From NCBI RefSeq assembly GCF_054482595.1, contig NZ_CM137008.1: a stretch of 64,000 nt of DNA. One strand, given 5' to 3'. A model generated the notes under the pieces. The model was not told where the DNA came from. It saw only the letters and a list, made by a program, of their open reading frames with translations, and made no database searches. Shown piece by piece: positions 54,144 through 64,000 of this stretch. Made by a program: the position numbers and the translations under genes. The first letter of the stretch is position 1, and every line of letters starts with the position of its first letter.

Positions 54144-57100
54144 ATGCAGGTCAGCAGAAGGCAGTTCTTTAAGATCTGCGCTGGCGGTATGGCAGGCACC
54201 ACGGCAGCGGCACTGGGTTTTGCACCCAGCGTAGCACTCGCGGAAACCCGGCAGTATAAACTGCTGCGCACCCGCGAAACCCGTAATACCTGCACCTATT
54301 GTTCCGTAGGCTGTGGGCTGTTGATGTACAGCCTCGGTGACGGAGCAAAAAACGCCAAAGCATCTATCTTCCATATCGAAGGCGATCCGGATCACCCGGT
54401 CAACCGCGGTGCACTTTGTCCGAAAGGCGCTGGCCTGGTGGATTTCATCCACTCCGAAAGCCGTCTGAAGTTCCCGGAATACCGTGCCCCTGGTTCTGAT
54501 AAATGGCAGCAAATCAGTTGGGAAGAGGCGTTTGATCGCATCGCCAAACTGATGAAAGAAGACCGCGATGCTAACTACATTGCGCAAAACGCCGAAGGCG
54601 TGACCGTTAACCGCTGGCTCTCCACCGGGATGCTGTGTGCTTCCGCGTCGAGTAACGAAACCGGCTATTTAACGCAAAAATTCTCCCGCGCGCTGGGTAT
54701 GCTCGCGGTCGACAACCAGGCGCGTGTCTGACACGGACCAACGGTAGCAAGTCTTGCTCCAACATTTGGTCGCGGTGCGATGACCAACCACTGGGTCGAC
54801 ATCAAGAACGCCAACCTCGTCGTGGTGATGGGCGGTAACGCCGCTGAAGCTCACCCGGTCGGATTCCGCTGGGCGATGGAAGCCAAAATTCACAACGGCG
54901 CGAAGCTGATTGTGCTCGATCCTCGCTTTACGCGTACGGCGGCAGTGGCTGACTACTATGCCCCTATTCGTTCCGGTACTGACATTGCTTTCCTGTCAGG
55001 CGTATTGCTGTACCTGCTGAACAATGAAAAATTCAACCGCGAATACACCGAAGCCTATACCAACGCCAGCCTGATCGTGCGTGAGGATTACGGCTTTGAA
55101 GATGGCCTGTTCACCGGCTACGACGCAGAAAAACGCAAGTACGATAAATCCTCCTGGACTTACGAACTGGACGAAAACGGCTTCGCCAAACGCGATACCA
55201 CGCTGCAACATCCGCGCTGCGTGTGGAACTTGCTGAAACAGCACGTTTCCCGCTACACGCCAGATGTGGTTGAAAACATCTGTGGTACGCCAAAAGACGC
55301 GTTCCTGAAAGTCTGCGAATACATCGCAGAAACCAGTGCTCACGATAAAACTGCCTCGTTCCTGTATGCCCTCGGCTGGACGCAACACTCCGTTGGTGCG
55401 CAAAACATTCGTACGATGGCGATGATCCAGCTGCTGCTCGGCAACATGGGGATGGCAGGCGGCGGCGTTAACGCCCTGCGCGGTCACTCCAATATTCAGG
55501 GGCTGACGGACCTGGGCCTTCTGTCGCAGAGCCTGCCAGGTTACATGACGCTGCCAAGCGAGAAGCAGACCGATCTGCAAACCTACCTTACCGCCAACAC
55601 GCCAAAACCGCTGCTGGAAGGCCAGGTAAACTACTGGGGCAACTACCCGAAATTCTTCGTCTCCATGATGAAGGCTTTCTTTGGTGATAAAGCAACGGCG
55701 GAAAATAGCTGGGGCTTTGACTGGTTGCCGAAGTGGGATAAAGGCTACGACGTCCTGCAATACTTCGAGATGATGAAAGAGGGCAAGGTCAATGGCTATA
55801 TCTGCCAGGGCTTTAACCCTGTTGCCTCATTCCCGAACAAAAACAAAGTGATCGGTTGTCTGTCGAAACTGAAGTTCCTCGTCACCATCGACCCGCTGAA
55901 CACTGAAACCTCTAACTTCTGGCAGAACCACGGTGAGCTGAACGAAGTTGACTCGTCGAAGATCCAGACCGAAGTGTTCCGTCTGCCATCGACCTGCTTC
56001 GCGGAAGAGAACGGTTCTATCGTAAACTCAGGTCGCTGGTTGCAGTGGCACTGGAAAGGTGCGGACGCCCCAGGGATTGCGCTGACTGATGGCGAGATCC
56101 TCTCCGGTATCTTCCTGCGCTTGCGCAAGATGTATGCCGAACAGGGTGGCGCGAACCCGGACCAGGTGCTGAACATGACCTGGAACTACGCCATTCCGCA
56201 TGAGCCGAAGTCGGAAGAAGTAGCGATGGAGAGCAACGGTAAGGCGCTGGCCGATATTACCGATCCGGCAACCGGTGCGGTTATCGTCAAGAAAGGCCAA
56301 CAACTTAGCTCGTTTGCCCAACTTCGCGATGACGGTACAACTTCCTGTGGTTGCTGGATTTTCGCCGGTAGCTGGACGCCGGAAGGCAACCAGATGGCAC
56401 GCCGTGATAACGCCGATCCGTCTGGCCTCGGTAACACGCTGGGCTGGGCATGGGCATGGCCGCTTAACCGCCGCATTCTGTATAACCGCGCCTCCGCAGA
56501 TCCGCAGGGTAACCCGTGGGATCCGAAGCGTCAGTTGCTGAAATGGGACGGCACTAAGTGGACCGGCTGGGATATTCCGGACTACAGCGCAGCGCCTCCG
56601 GGTAGCGGCGTCGGGCCGTTTATCATGCAGCAGGAAGGCATGGGGCGTCTGTTTGCCCTCGATAAGATGGCGGAAGGTCCGTTCCCGGAACACTACGAGC
56701 CGTTTGAAACGCCGCTGGGAACTAACCCGCTGCATCCAAACGTTATCTCGAACCCGGCTGCACGTATCTTTAAAGACGACGCCGAAGCATTGGGTAAAGC
56801 CGATAAGTTCCCGTATGTCGGAACCACCTATCGTCTGACCGAGCACTTCCACTACTGGACCAAACACGCGCTGTTGAACGCGATTTTGCAACCAGAGCAG
56901 TTTGTGGAAATCGGGGAGTCGCTGGCGAATAAACTTGGCATTGCCCAGGGCGATACCGTGAAAGTCTCCTCCAACCGTGGCTATATCAAAGCCAAAGCGG
57001 TGGTGACCAAACGTATTCGTACGCTGAAAGCGAACGGCAAAGATATCGATACCATCGGTATTCCGATTCACTGGGGTTATGAAGGCGTAGCTAAAAAAGG

Positions 57101-57194
57101 CTTTATTGCCAATACGTTAACGCCATTCGTTGGTGATGCGAACACGCAGACGCCGGAGTTTAAGTCCTTCCTTGTGAATGTGGAAAAGGTGTAA
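54144..57194 (+). CDS. fdoG: Formate dehydrogenase-O alpha subunit; selenoprotein with in-frame UGA (Sec) at 54729-54731
   Basis: Two ORF-track pieces (54144-54731 and 54780-57194) share one frame across a single TGA; TAT signal MQVSRRQFFKICAGGMAGTTAAALGFAPSVALA; ...LAVDNQARV-U-HGPTVASLAPTFGRGAMTNHW...; 1016 codons in total. Confidence 0.9.
54732..54780 (+). promoter_or_regulatory. Putative SECIS element directing selenocysteine insertion at the fdoG UGA
   Basis: Stem-loop-capable sequence immediately 3' of the UGA (ggtAGCAAGtcTTGCTcc); bacterial SECIS elements lie directly downstream of the recoded codon. Confidence 0.5.
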
Positions 57195-57206
57195 CGGAGA
57201 CGACAT

Positions 57207-58109
57207 ATGGCTTATCAATCTCAAGATATCATTCGTCGTTCCGCGACTAACGGTCTGACCCCCGCGCCTCAGGCGCGGGACTTCCAGGAAGAAGTGGCGA
57301 AACTCATCGACGTCACCACCTGTATCGGCTGTAAAGCCTGTCAGGTGGCGTGTTCAGAGTGGAACGACATTCGCGATACCGTCGGCAATAACATTGGGGT
57401 GTACGACAACCCCAATGATTTAAGCGCCAAATCGTGGACGGTAATGCGCTTCTCGGAAGTGGAGCAGAACGACAAACTGGAATGGCTGATCCGCAAAGAC
57501 GGCTGTATGCACTGTTCCGATCCAGGCTGCCTGAAAGCGTGCCCGGCGGAAGGTGCAATTATTCAGTATGCCAACGGTATCGTCGACTTCCAGTCCGAGC
57601 AGTGCATTGGCTGCGGTTATTGCATTGCGGGCTGTCCGTTCGACATTCCGCGCCTCAACCCGGAAGACAACCGCGTCTACAAATGTACGCTGTGCGTTGA
57701 CCGCGTGGTGGTTGGGCAAGAACCAGCCTGCGTGAAGACCTGCCCAACGGGCGCGATTCACTTCGGTACGAAAGAGTCGATGAAAACGCTGGCGAGCGAG
57801 CGCGTTGCTGAGCTGAAAACCCGCGGTTACGACAATGCGGGTCTGTACGATCCGGCAGGCGTCGGTGGTACACACGTCATGTACGTGCTGCACCATGCTG
57901 ACAAGCCAAATCTGTATCATGGCTTGCCGGAGAACCCGGAAATCAGCGAAACCGTGAAATTCTGGAAAGGCATCTGGAAACCGCTCGCGGCTGTTGGCTT
58001 TGCGGCTACCTTTGCGGCCAGTATCTTCCACTACGTGGGTGTCGGTCCGAACCGTGCGGATGAGGAAGAGAATAATCTGCACGAAGAGAAAGACGAGGAG
58101 CGCAAATGA
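57207..58109 (+). CDS. fdoH: Formate dehydrogenase-O iron-sulfur (beta) subunit
   Basis: 300-aa ORF with multiple CxxCxxCxxxCP ferredoxin motifs; recognised as FdoH. Confidence 0.95.
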
Positions 58110-58741
58110 AACGACGTGACACCATCGTGCGCTACACCGCGCCGGAACGTATCAACCACTGGATCACCGCCTTCTGCTTCATCCTGGCGGCGGTGAGCGG
58201 GCTGGGCTTTTTGTTCCCGTCCTTCAACTGGTTGATGCAAATCATGGGCACACCGCAGCTGGCGCGAATTCTGCACCCGTTTGTCGGCGTGGTTATGTTT
58301 GCCTCGTTCATCATCATGTTTTTCCGTTACTGGCATCACAACCTAATCAATCGGGATGATATCTTTTGGGCGAAGAATATTCGTAAGATCGTCGTCAACG
58401 AGGAAGTAGGTGACACCGGGCGTTATAACTTCGGTCAGAAATGCGTTTTCTGGGCGGCGATTATTTTCCTGGTTCTGCTGCTGGTGAGCGGCGTGATTAT
58501 CTGGCGTCCTTATTTTGCGCCTGCTTTCTCAATCCCGGTGATCCGATTCGCGTTAATGCTGCATTCATTTGCCGCAGTGGCGTTAATTGTGGTTATCATG
58601 GTGCATATCTACGCCGCCCTTTGGGTGAAAGGCACGATTACCGCCATGGTGGAAGGATGGGTTACCAGCGCCTGGGCGAAGAAACATCACCCGCGCTGGT
58701 ACCGTGAGGTCCGCAAGACAACGGAAAAGAAAGCTGAATGA
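58106..58741 (+). CDS. fdoI: Formate dehydrogenase-O cytochrome b556 (gamma) subunit
   Basis: 211-aa polytopic [40 protein letters not shown]...; overlaps fdoH stop. Confidence 0.9.
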
Positions 58742-59667
58742 GTATTCGCATAATCCCGCAAGATGAGCTGGGTTCGAGCGAGAAACGTACGGCGGATATG
58801 ATTCCGCCGTTATTGTTCCCTCGGCTCAAGAATTTATACAACCGCCGCGCCGAGCGTCTGCGCGAGCTGGCAGAAAATAATCCGCTGGGTGATTACCTGC
58901 GCTTTGCTGCGCTTATCGCCCACGCCCAGGAAGTGGTGCTGTACGACCATCCGCTGGAGATGGATCTGACCGCGCGCATTAAAGAAGCCAGCGCACAGGG
59001 CAAGCCCCCGCTGGATATTCACGTTCTGCCGCGTGATAAGCACTGGCAAAAGCTGCTGATGGCGCTGATTGCTGAGCTGAAACCTGAAATGAGCGGCCCG
59101 GCGCTGGCAGTGATTGAGAATCTGGAGAAGGCATCAACTCAGGAGCTGGAAGATATGGCCAGCGCACTGTTTGCCTCTGATTTCTCATCCGTCAGCAGCG
59201 ATAAAGCGCCGTTTATCTGGGCTGCACTGTCGCTCTACTGGGCGCAGATGGCCAATCTGATCCCCGGCAAAGCCCGCGCTGAATACGGCGAGCAACGTCA
59301 ATATTGCCCGGTTTGTGGTTCTATGCCGGTGTCCAGCATGGTGCAAATTGGCACCACTCAGGGTCTGCGTTACCTGCACTGCAACCTGTGTGAAACCGAA
59401 TGGCACGTAGTGCGCGTAAAATGCAGCAACTGCGAGCAGAGCGGCAAACTGCATTACTGGTCGCTGGATGACGAACAGGCCGCGATTAAAGCCGAAAGCT
59501 GCGATGACTGTGGCACTTACCTGAAGATTCTTTATCAGGAAAAAGAACCGAAAGTTGAAGCCGTGGCAGATGACCTCGCTTCTCTGGTACTGGACGCGCG
59601 AATGGAGCAAGAAGGCTATGCCCGCAGTTCCATCAACCCGTTCCTGTTTCCGGGTGAAGGGGAGTAA
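58738..59667 (+). CDS. fdhE: Formate dehydrogenase formation protein FdhE
   Basis: 309-aa [51 protein letters not shown]... with paired CxxC motifs; recognised as FdhE. Confidence 0.9.
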   Translation: MSIRIIPQDELGSSEKRTADMIPPLLFPRLKNLYNRRAERLRELAENNPLGDYLRFAALIAHAQEVVLYDHPLEMDLTARIKEASAQGKPPLDIHVLPRDKHWQKLLMALIAELKPEMSGPALAVIENLEKASTQELEDMASALFASDFSSVSSDKAPFIWAALSLYWAQMANLIPGKARAEYGEQRQYCPVCGSMPVSSMVQIGTTQGLRYLHCNLCETEWHVVRVKCSNCEQSGKLHYWSLDDEQAAIKAESCDDCGTYLKILYQEKEPKVEAVADDLASLVLDARMEQEGYARSSINPFLFPGEGE

Positions 59668-59859
59668 TCTCTGACGTTTTCCGGGTGGCGCTGGTCGCCC
59701 GGATTACAGCTCATAGGGTGTGACGACACCATCTCTCGTATTCCGCGTTACCCATTCAAGATCATGCCGCAATTGTCTGTTTGCCTCGTTCTTCCCTCCA
59801 ACACATCGATAAGGTTATGGGTATGTCACTGATGACAAGCGTATGATTGCCTGATGCGC

Positions 59860-59950
59860 TGCGCTTATCAGCCCTACCAATAAACTTCAATATATTGAAT
59901 TTGCATGACTTTGTAGGCCGGATAAGGCGTTCACGCCGCATCCGGCATGA
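59860..59950. repeat. REP/BIME element downstream of fdhE
   Basis: gcctgatgcgctgcgcttatcagccctac ... tgtaggccggataaggcgttcacgccgcatccggca. Confidence 0.85.
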
Positions 59951-59996
59951 ACAACGCGCACGTTGTCAGCAATCTGATTGACATCATTTTTTCCCA

Positions 59997-60215
59997 TTAC
60001 CATTCCTCGCGCAGCTTACGCTGATATTCGACACCATCTTCCTCACACCCTTGCCAGATGCCAGGAACACTGGTTCTTGCTGTTTGCGATTGATTTATCA
60101 GGTATTGATCTACCGCTTCCCTTAATAGGTCCGCACGAGGAAGATTACGCTGCACCTCGAGATCATCAAGTTGCTTAATCACCTCATTCGATAAATCGAG
60201 TAAAATTCTGCCCAT
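59997..60215 (-). CDS. yiiF: Small ribbon-helix-helix (CopG/MetJ-like) putative regulator
   Basis: [42 protein letters not shown]... (72 aa from ATG at 60215); gene name assigned from position next to fdhE. Confidence 0.65.
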
Positions 60216-60458
60216 ATCTATACCTACCAGAGAGTTCATAAATATCTCGCCAATATCATTTTTGAATCTATGGAGAGAAAAGTACCCTTGTCGAATCTTT
60301 AAAGAAAGCTCATTTACGAATCATTTTTTATTTTTGCGAGGCGTTTTCCAGATATGATGTAACAGTTGCAGTTATTATAAGTTCAAGTAAAACAACCTTG
60401 TATTAATACCAGAATAAGGGCATCTGGTTTTTTATATTCAAGAATAAAAAAATTTTTG

Positions 60459-60677
60459 TCATTCCTTATGATCCTTACACTGATCATAAACACCTACTGT
60501 CTCACCCCTTTGCCTGCCTCTCTTTGCTTTACGCACCGGAAATTGCTGCCGCTCCAGATATTGCTCAACCGCTTCGCGTAAAATTGCAGATCGTGAAACC
60601 TTACGCCAGCCCCGAAGCTTGTTCAGCCGTTTAATTGCCTCTTCTGATAAATGAAGAAAAACCGTATTCATCGCCAT
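60459..60677 (-). CDS. yiiE: Small ribbon-helix-helix (CopG/MetJ-like) putative regulator, paralog of the upstream gene
   Basis: MAMNTVFLHLSEEAIKRLNKLRGWRKVSRSAILREAVEQYLERQQ... (72 aa from ATG at 60677); shares the LxxEAVxQYL RHH signature and a homologous upstream region with yiiF. Confidence 0.65.
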   Translation of the reverse strand: MAMNTVFLHLSEEAIKRLNKLRGWRKVSRSAILREAVEQYLERQQFPVRKAKRGRQRGETVGVYDQCKDHKE

Positions 60678-61262
60678 TACCACCACCTTACATATATTAC
60701 TCATTAATGTATGTGCGAAAATTACGCCGGAAAATCATTTAAAAAAAGCGGATTTTTGCATGTTGTTTTGTTTTTGCGAGGTGTTTTCCAGAAATAATAA
60801 GAGTGTTGCAGTTGTTTCATTTATTACTCAAAAATGGTTTAGTTATCGCCCAGGATGAGTTATGGATGCTATGAATATATTATATTCAGAGATATTTATT
60901 TGCATAATCTGAATGGTGTAGCCGAAAAACGTCAGCATCCTAACAGCACCAGGATTTAAGGTGAAATTAATCATCCATCACAGACCGGTCAGTACTGCCA
61001 CCAACCGGTCTTTACTTGTTCATCGTTATAATTTTGTTGGTAACAGTTCGGGAAACAAGGAATTCCTTCCGGAACCCCCCGGTATCATCCGATAGCATTG
61101 ACGTCAATCATCAGCGCGACGATGAGTTTTTTTAATCGCATCATAGGGTGGCGACGTTCAGCACGATTACGGGTCATAGCAAAACTCCTGGGCAGGCGAC
61201 CACTATGCCGCTTTCACAGGAGTTCTGAATGCTAGTGCTTTCTGTATGGCATAACCATGCCT

Positions 61263-61553
61263 CTAACGGTTAAGTGCTTGCAGCACATGTTGCGGATCAT
61301 TGGCAATCGCTCGCAGCAAAGCCTTTGCAGGCCCGGTCGGTGAACGTCGCCCCTGCTCCCAGTTACGCAACGTGTCTACGCTTACAGAAATAAGATCGGC
61401 AAATTTAGATTGTGACAACCCTGAAGCGCGGCGTATTTCTTTGATTTTCATAGCATCAACTTCAAAAGTCCGCGAAGGCTGTCGCGTTCCTTCAATAATT
61501 TCATTCATCTGGGCCATGCTGTGAGTCAACCGCTCAAAAAGTGCCTTATCCAT
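61263..61553 (-). CDS. XRE-family HTH protein, putative antitoxin (HigA-like)
   Basis: 96-aa ORF MDKALFERLTHSMAQMNEIIEGTRQPSRTFEVDAMKIKEIRRASGLSQSKFADLISVSVDTLRNWEQGRRSPTGPAKALL...; HTH_XRE signature; starts directly after the upstream toxin ORF stop. Confidence 0.8.
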   Translation of the reverse strand: MDKALFERLTHSMAQMNEIIEGTRQPSRTFEVDAMKIKEIRRASGLSQSKFADLISVSVDTLRNWEQGRRSPTGPAKALLRAIANDPQHVLQALNR

Positions 61554-61865
61554 TTACCACCTCGTATTTAACAACCGGAGCATTGCTTTTTCCTGGGGAG
61601 ACAGATCATCTTTAATACCCTTACGATAAATAAGCAGTAATCTGATCTCATAATGTTTAACCTGATGAAAGTAAATAACCCTGACACCAGCACGTTTCCC
61701 CTTTCCTCCTGAAACCCATCGAACCTTTCTTAACCCACCAGTTTCAGGTATTACCTCACCATAGTCAGGATTCAAGGCCAGGAAAAACTGAAAACGACTG
61801 AATTCATCGTCGGTCAGCAGTTTTTGAACATCTTCAGTAAAAATTTCCGTTTCGATGAAGAGCAT
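61554..61865 (-). CDS. RelE/HigB-like type II toxin (mRNA interferase family), toxin-first operon
   Basis: 103-aa ORF MLFIETEIFTEDVQKLLTDDEFSRFQFFLALNPDYGEVIPETGGLRKVRWVSGGKGKRAGVRVIYFHQVKHYEIRLLLIYRKGIKDDLSPQE...; small basic protein of RelE-like pattern upstream of an XRE partner. Confidence 0.7.
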   Translation of the reverse strand: MLFIETEIFTEDVQKLLTDDEFSRFQFFLALNPDYGEVIPETGGLRKVRWVSGGKGKRAGVRVIYFHQVKHYEIRLLLIYRKGIKDDLSPQEKAMLRLLNTRW

Positions 61866-62018
61866 AATTATACGCCATTGGCTTAGAGTAACAATCCTTT
61901 TTGTACGTCATTGACGTACCCTTGAAACCACTAGCTTACTGATAGTGCTCCAGCAAAACCACGTCTCTGCCGGGTTTGTCTTTAGATTTGCGAGGCGCTT
62001 TCCAGATTTTTCACGCCC

Positions 62019-63002
62019 GTGAATTTCCCTGTATCCATCCAGCAAAAACGGGTGTATAAGACTGTGCATTCATACAGCAAAATAAGTTCTACTATGGCAC
62101 TGGAAAAAGGAATTGCAGAGTTAGTCGAAAAGTTTATCGCTGCGGGTCGCCCCTCATCGCGTCAACAAAGTATTGCGCAGCGCAGGGAGGGCTATATCGC
62201 CAGCGCTGTCCTTGCGGGTGAGACAGAAACGCGGGTAGATATTCAGACTATCGAACTTGAAGGGATGACCTTACGAATAGTGTCGCCGCTGAATGCCCCG
62301 ACATTACTCCCGACGATAATTTATTACTACGGTGGCTGTTTTGTTAGCGGCGGGTTCGCAACTCACGACAACCAGCTGCGCCAGTTAGCCTATTACGGGC
62401 AATGTCGGGTTATTGCCGTCCAGTATCGGCTGGCACCGGAACATACTTTCCCCGCCGCCCATGATGATGCGCAACGAGGTGCAGAAATAGTCTGGCAACA
62501 CGCCGAACGACTCGGCGTTGATAAACAACGTATAACTCTTGCCGGTGACAGTGCGGGCGGACATCTGGCGCTGGTAACTGCTTTGCGATTAAAGCGTGCT
62601 GGCGAGTGGCAACCGGCACAACTCATCTTAATTTATCCTATGCTTGATGCGACTGCGCATTTCGAAAGCTACATACGCAATGGTCACGATTACATCATCA
62701 CACGCGACACTTTACTGAGCGGCTTTGAGATGTATCTGCCAGGCATTGAACGCAGGCATCCTGAAGCCAGCCCTCTTTGGCGCGATGATTTCAATGGCTT
62801 GCCACCTGTACATATCATTACCGCTGAATACGACCCACTTTGCGATGAAGGTGAAGCGTTGTATCACCGCATGACAGGGCAAGGAGTGCAATGCACCTGC
62901 CAACGCTACCTTGGCGTTATCCACGGATTTTTTCAGTTAGGTGGTATCAGCGAGGCCGCGCGATCGGCACTACGGGATGTTGCCTGGAGAGCGGGAAGGT
63001 AA
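62019..63002 (+). CDS. Alpha/beta-hydrolase, hormone-sensitive-lipase-family esterase (Aes-like)
   Basis: Oxyanion-hole region YYYGGCFVSGG, nucleophile elbow GDSAGG, C-terminal GVIHGFF; true start may be the internal ATG at 62094 (MALEKGIAEL...). Confidence 0.75.
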   Translation: MNFPVSIQQKRVYKTVHSYSKISSTMALEKGIAELVEKFIAAGRPSSRQQSIAQRREGYIASAVLAGETETRVDIQTIELEGMTLRIVSPLNAPTLLPTIIYYYGGCFVSGGFATHDNQLRQLAYYGQCRVIAVQYRLAPEHTFPAAHDDAQRGAEIVWQHAERLGVDKQRITLAGDSAGGHLALVTALRLKRAGEWQPAQLILIYPMLDATAHFESYIRNGHDYIITRDTLLSGFEMYLPGIERRHPEASPLWRDDFNGLPPVHIITAEYDPLCDEGEALYHRMTGQGVQCTCQRYLGVIHGFFQLGGISEAARSALRDVAWRAGR

Positions 63003-63065
63003 CTTCGGACCTGGGCCCTGAAAAGGTTTTCAGATTGAAAACCTTTTCAGTCAAGTAAAACGCCC

Positions 63066-64000
63066 CTACTCTTCTTCGTTCCCGCCCTCTTCATACGGGC
63101 CAAATGGCTTCGCGGGCAGAACGATATACGTGCCTTCAAACACTGCACCCGGCGTCTCGTCGCCAAAGATTTCAACTTGCATCTGCACCCGTGCTTTTCG
63201 TCCGCGCGCCAGACGGTCGAGATCGCCGCTTAAGGCACCAAGGTCGGCTACCGCATGAGGTTTACCGCTAATCGGCTTGCTGTAGCGGATATGCGCATCC
63301 GCCAGAATAATCGTTCCGCCGAGATGGCGTTCGCGCAGCATCAGCCAGATAAGCCCCCAACCGGTGAGCGTCGCCAGCGAGAATAAACTCCCGGCAAACA
63401 GCGTATGGTGCGGATTCTGATTGCCGGTTTCCGGCATGGTGGTGATAAATTTTTGCCCGGTATATTGTTGAATACGCACGCCCATTTTTTCACTAAGCGG
63501 GATATGTTCGTACCACGCCTGTTGCAGCTGCGCGCACCAGTCGCCGCGATGCAAAATATCATCCAGAGTGGCGACGGGCTTAATCATCAAAAAATGGCGA
63601 ATCGGCGTGGTGGTTGGCGTGGTGATTTCTCCCTGATTAACAAACCCCAGCTTGGCGAAAAACTCCACCGCGTCTTCACGGGCGCTACAGGTCACGCGCT
63701 TAACGCCTTCCTGACGCGCCACCGACTCCAGGGTCATCGCCATCAGCGTTCCTAACCCTTTGTCCTGCACGTCCGGGTGAACGGCCATAAAGCGAATGGA
63801 CGCTTCATTGTCGGCATTAATATACAGTCGGCCTACCGCCACCAGATTACCCTGCTCGTCGACGACCATCTGGTGATGCGCCATCGCATCCCACGCGTCG
63901 CGTTCCGAACCTTTTGGTTGATGCAGGGGCTTACGCAACATTTCCCAGCGAAACTGATAGTAACGCTCTAATTCTTCTTCTGTTTGTGGAACCCGAAGGT
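63066..64000 (-). CDS. yiiD: GNAT acetyltransferase / thioesterase fusion protein YiiD, C-terminal part (start beyond window end)
   Basis: Frame open to the window end; ...[64 protein letters not shown]... recognised as YiiD. Confidence 0.85.

Noticed and set aside
53886-54587. 233-aa minus-strand ORF spanning the fdhD-fdoG intergenic region
   Set aside because: Overlaps the fdoG start and the fdhD-fdoG promoter region antisense; no recognisable features and fdoG is clearly real.
54144-54731. fdoG as a truncated pseudogene (195-aa ORF ending at TGA)
   Set aside because: The downstream 804-aa ORF is in the same frame and the TGA is at the conserved selenocysteine position; this is recoding, not truncation.
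56028-57071. 347-aa minus-strand ORF (also 54996-55760)
   Set aside because: Antisense to fdoG; product is Arg/Gly-rich with no recognisable features.
61084-61176. Candidate small ORF with Shine-Dalgarno sequence in the yiiE-antitoxin intergenic region
   Set aside because: Careful reverse-complement translation gives only 14 codons (MTRNRAERRHPMCD) before a stop; too short and featureless to support.

Overview
This window is a contiguous Escherichia coli chromosomal segment, in reverse orientation relative to K-12 numbering. Calls rest on reading the supplied ORF translations and the raw sequence; no database search was run, and protein identities and the K-12 gene order are recalled from memory. 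The conserved backbone runs katG (partial), metF, metL, metB, metJ, yiiX, rpmE, priA, cytR, ftsN, hslVU, menA, rraA, zapB, glpFK, glpX, fpr, uspD, yiiS, yiiR, yiiQ, tpiA, cdh, sbp, pfkA, fieF, cpxP, cpxRA, yiiM, kdgT, sodA, rhaT, rhaSR, rhaBAD, rhaM, frvABXR, yiiG, fdhD, fdoGHI, fdhE, yiiF, yiiE, yiiD (partial). Three segments appear to be insertions relative to that backbone. (1) About 7142-11190, between yiiX and rpmE: an AT-rich Rhs remnant made of an IS1-family element, an orphan Rhs C-terminal toxin domain with an overlapping immunity ORF, an H-repeat (ISAs1-family) element and a 140-aa Rhs N-terminal PAAR fragment. (2) 19664-21099, between rraA and zapB: two tandem, paralogous, AT-rich ORFs encoding predicted membrane proteins of unknown function; this is the best candidate for an undescribed system. 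(3) About 60900-63002, between yiiE and yiiD: a RelE/HigB-like toxin with an XRE-type antitoxin, plus an esterase-like alpha/beta hydrolase. Other notable signals are an in-frame UGA (selenocysteine) in fdoG, a shared roughly 20-bp motif upstream of three small-regulator units, several REP/BIME arrays including a 92-bp tandem array, and a probable CpxQ sRNA in the cpxP 3' UTR.
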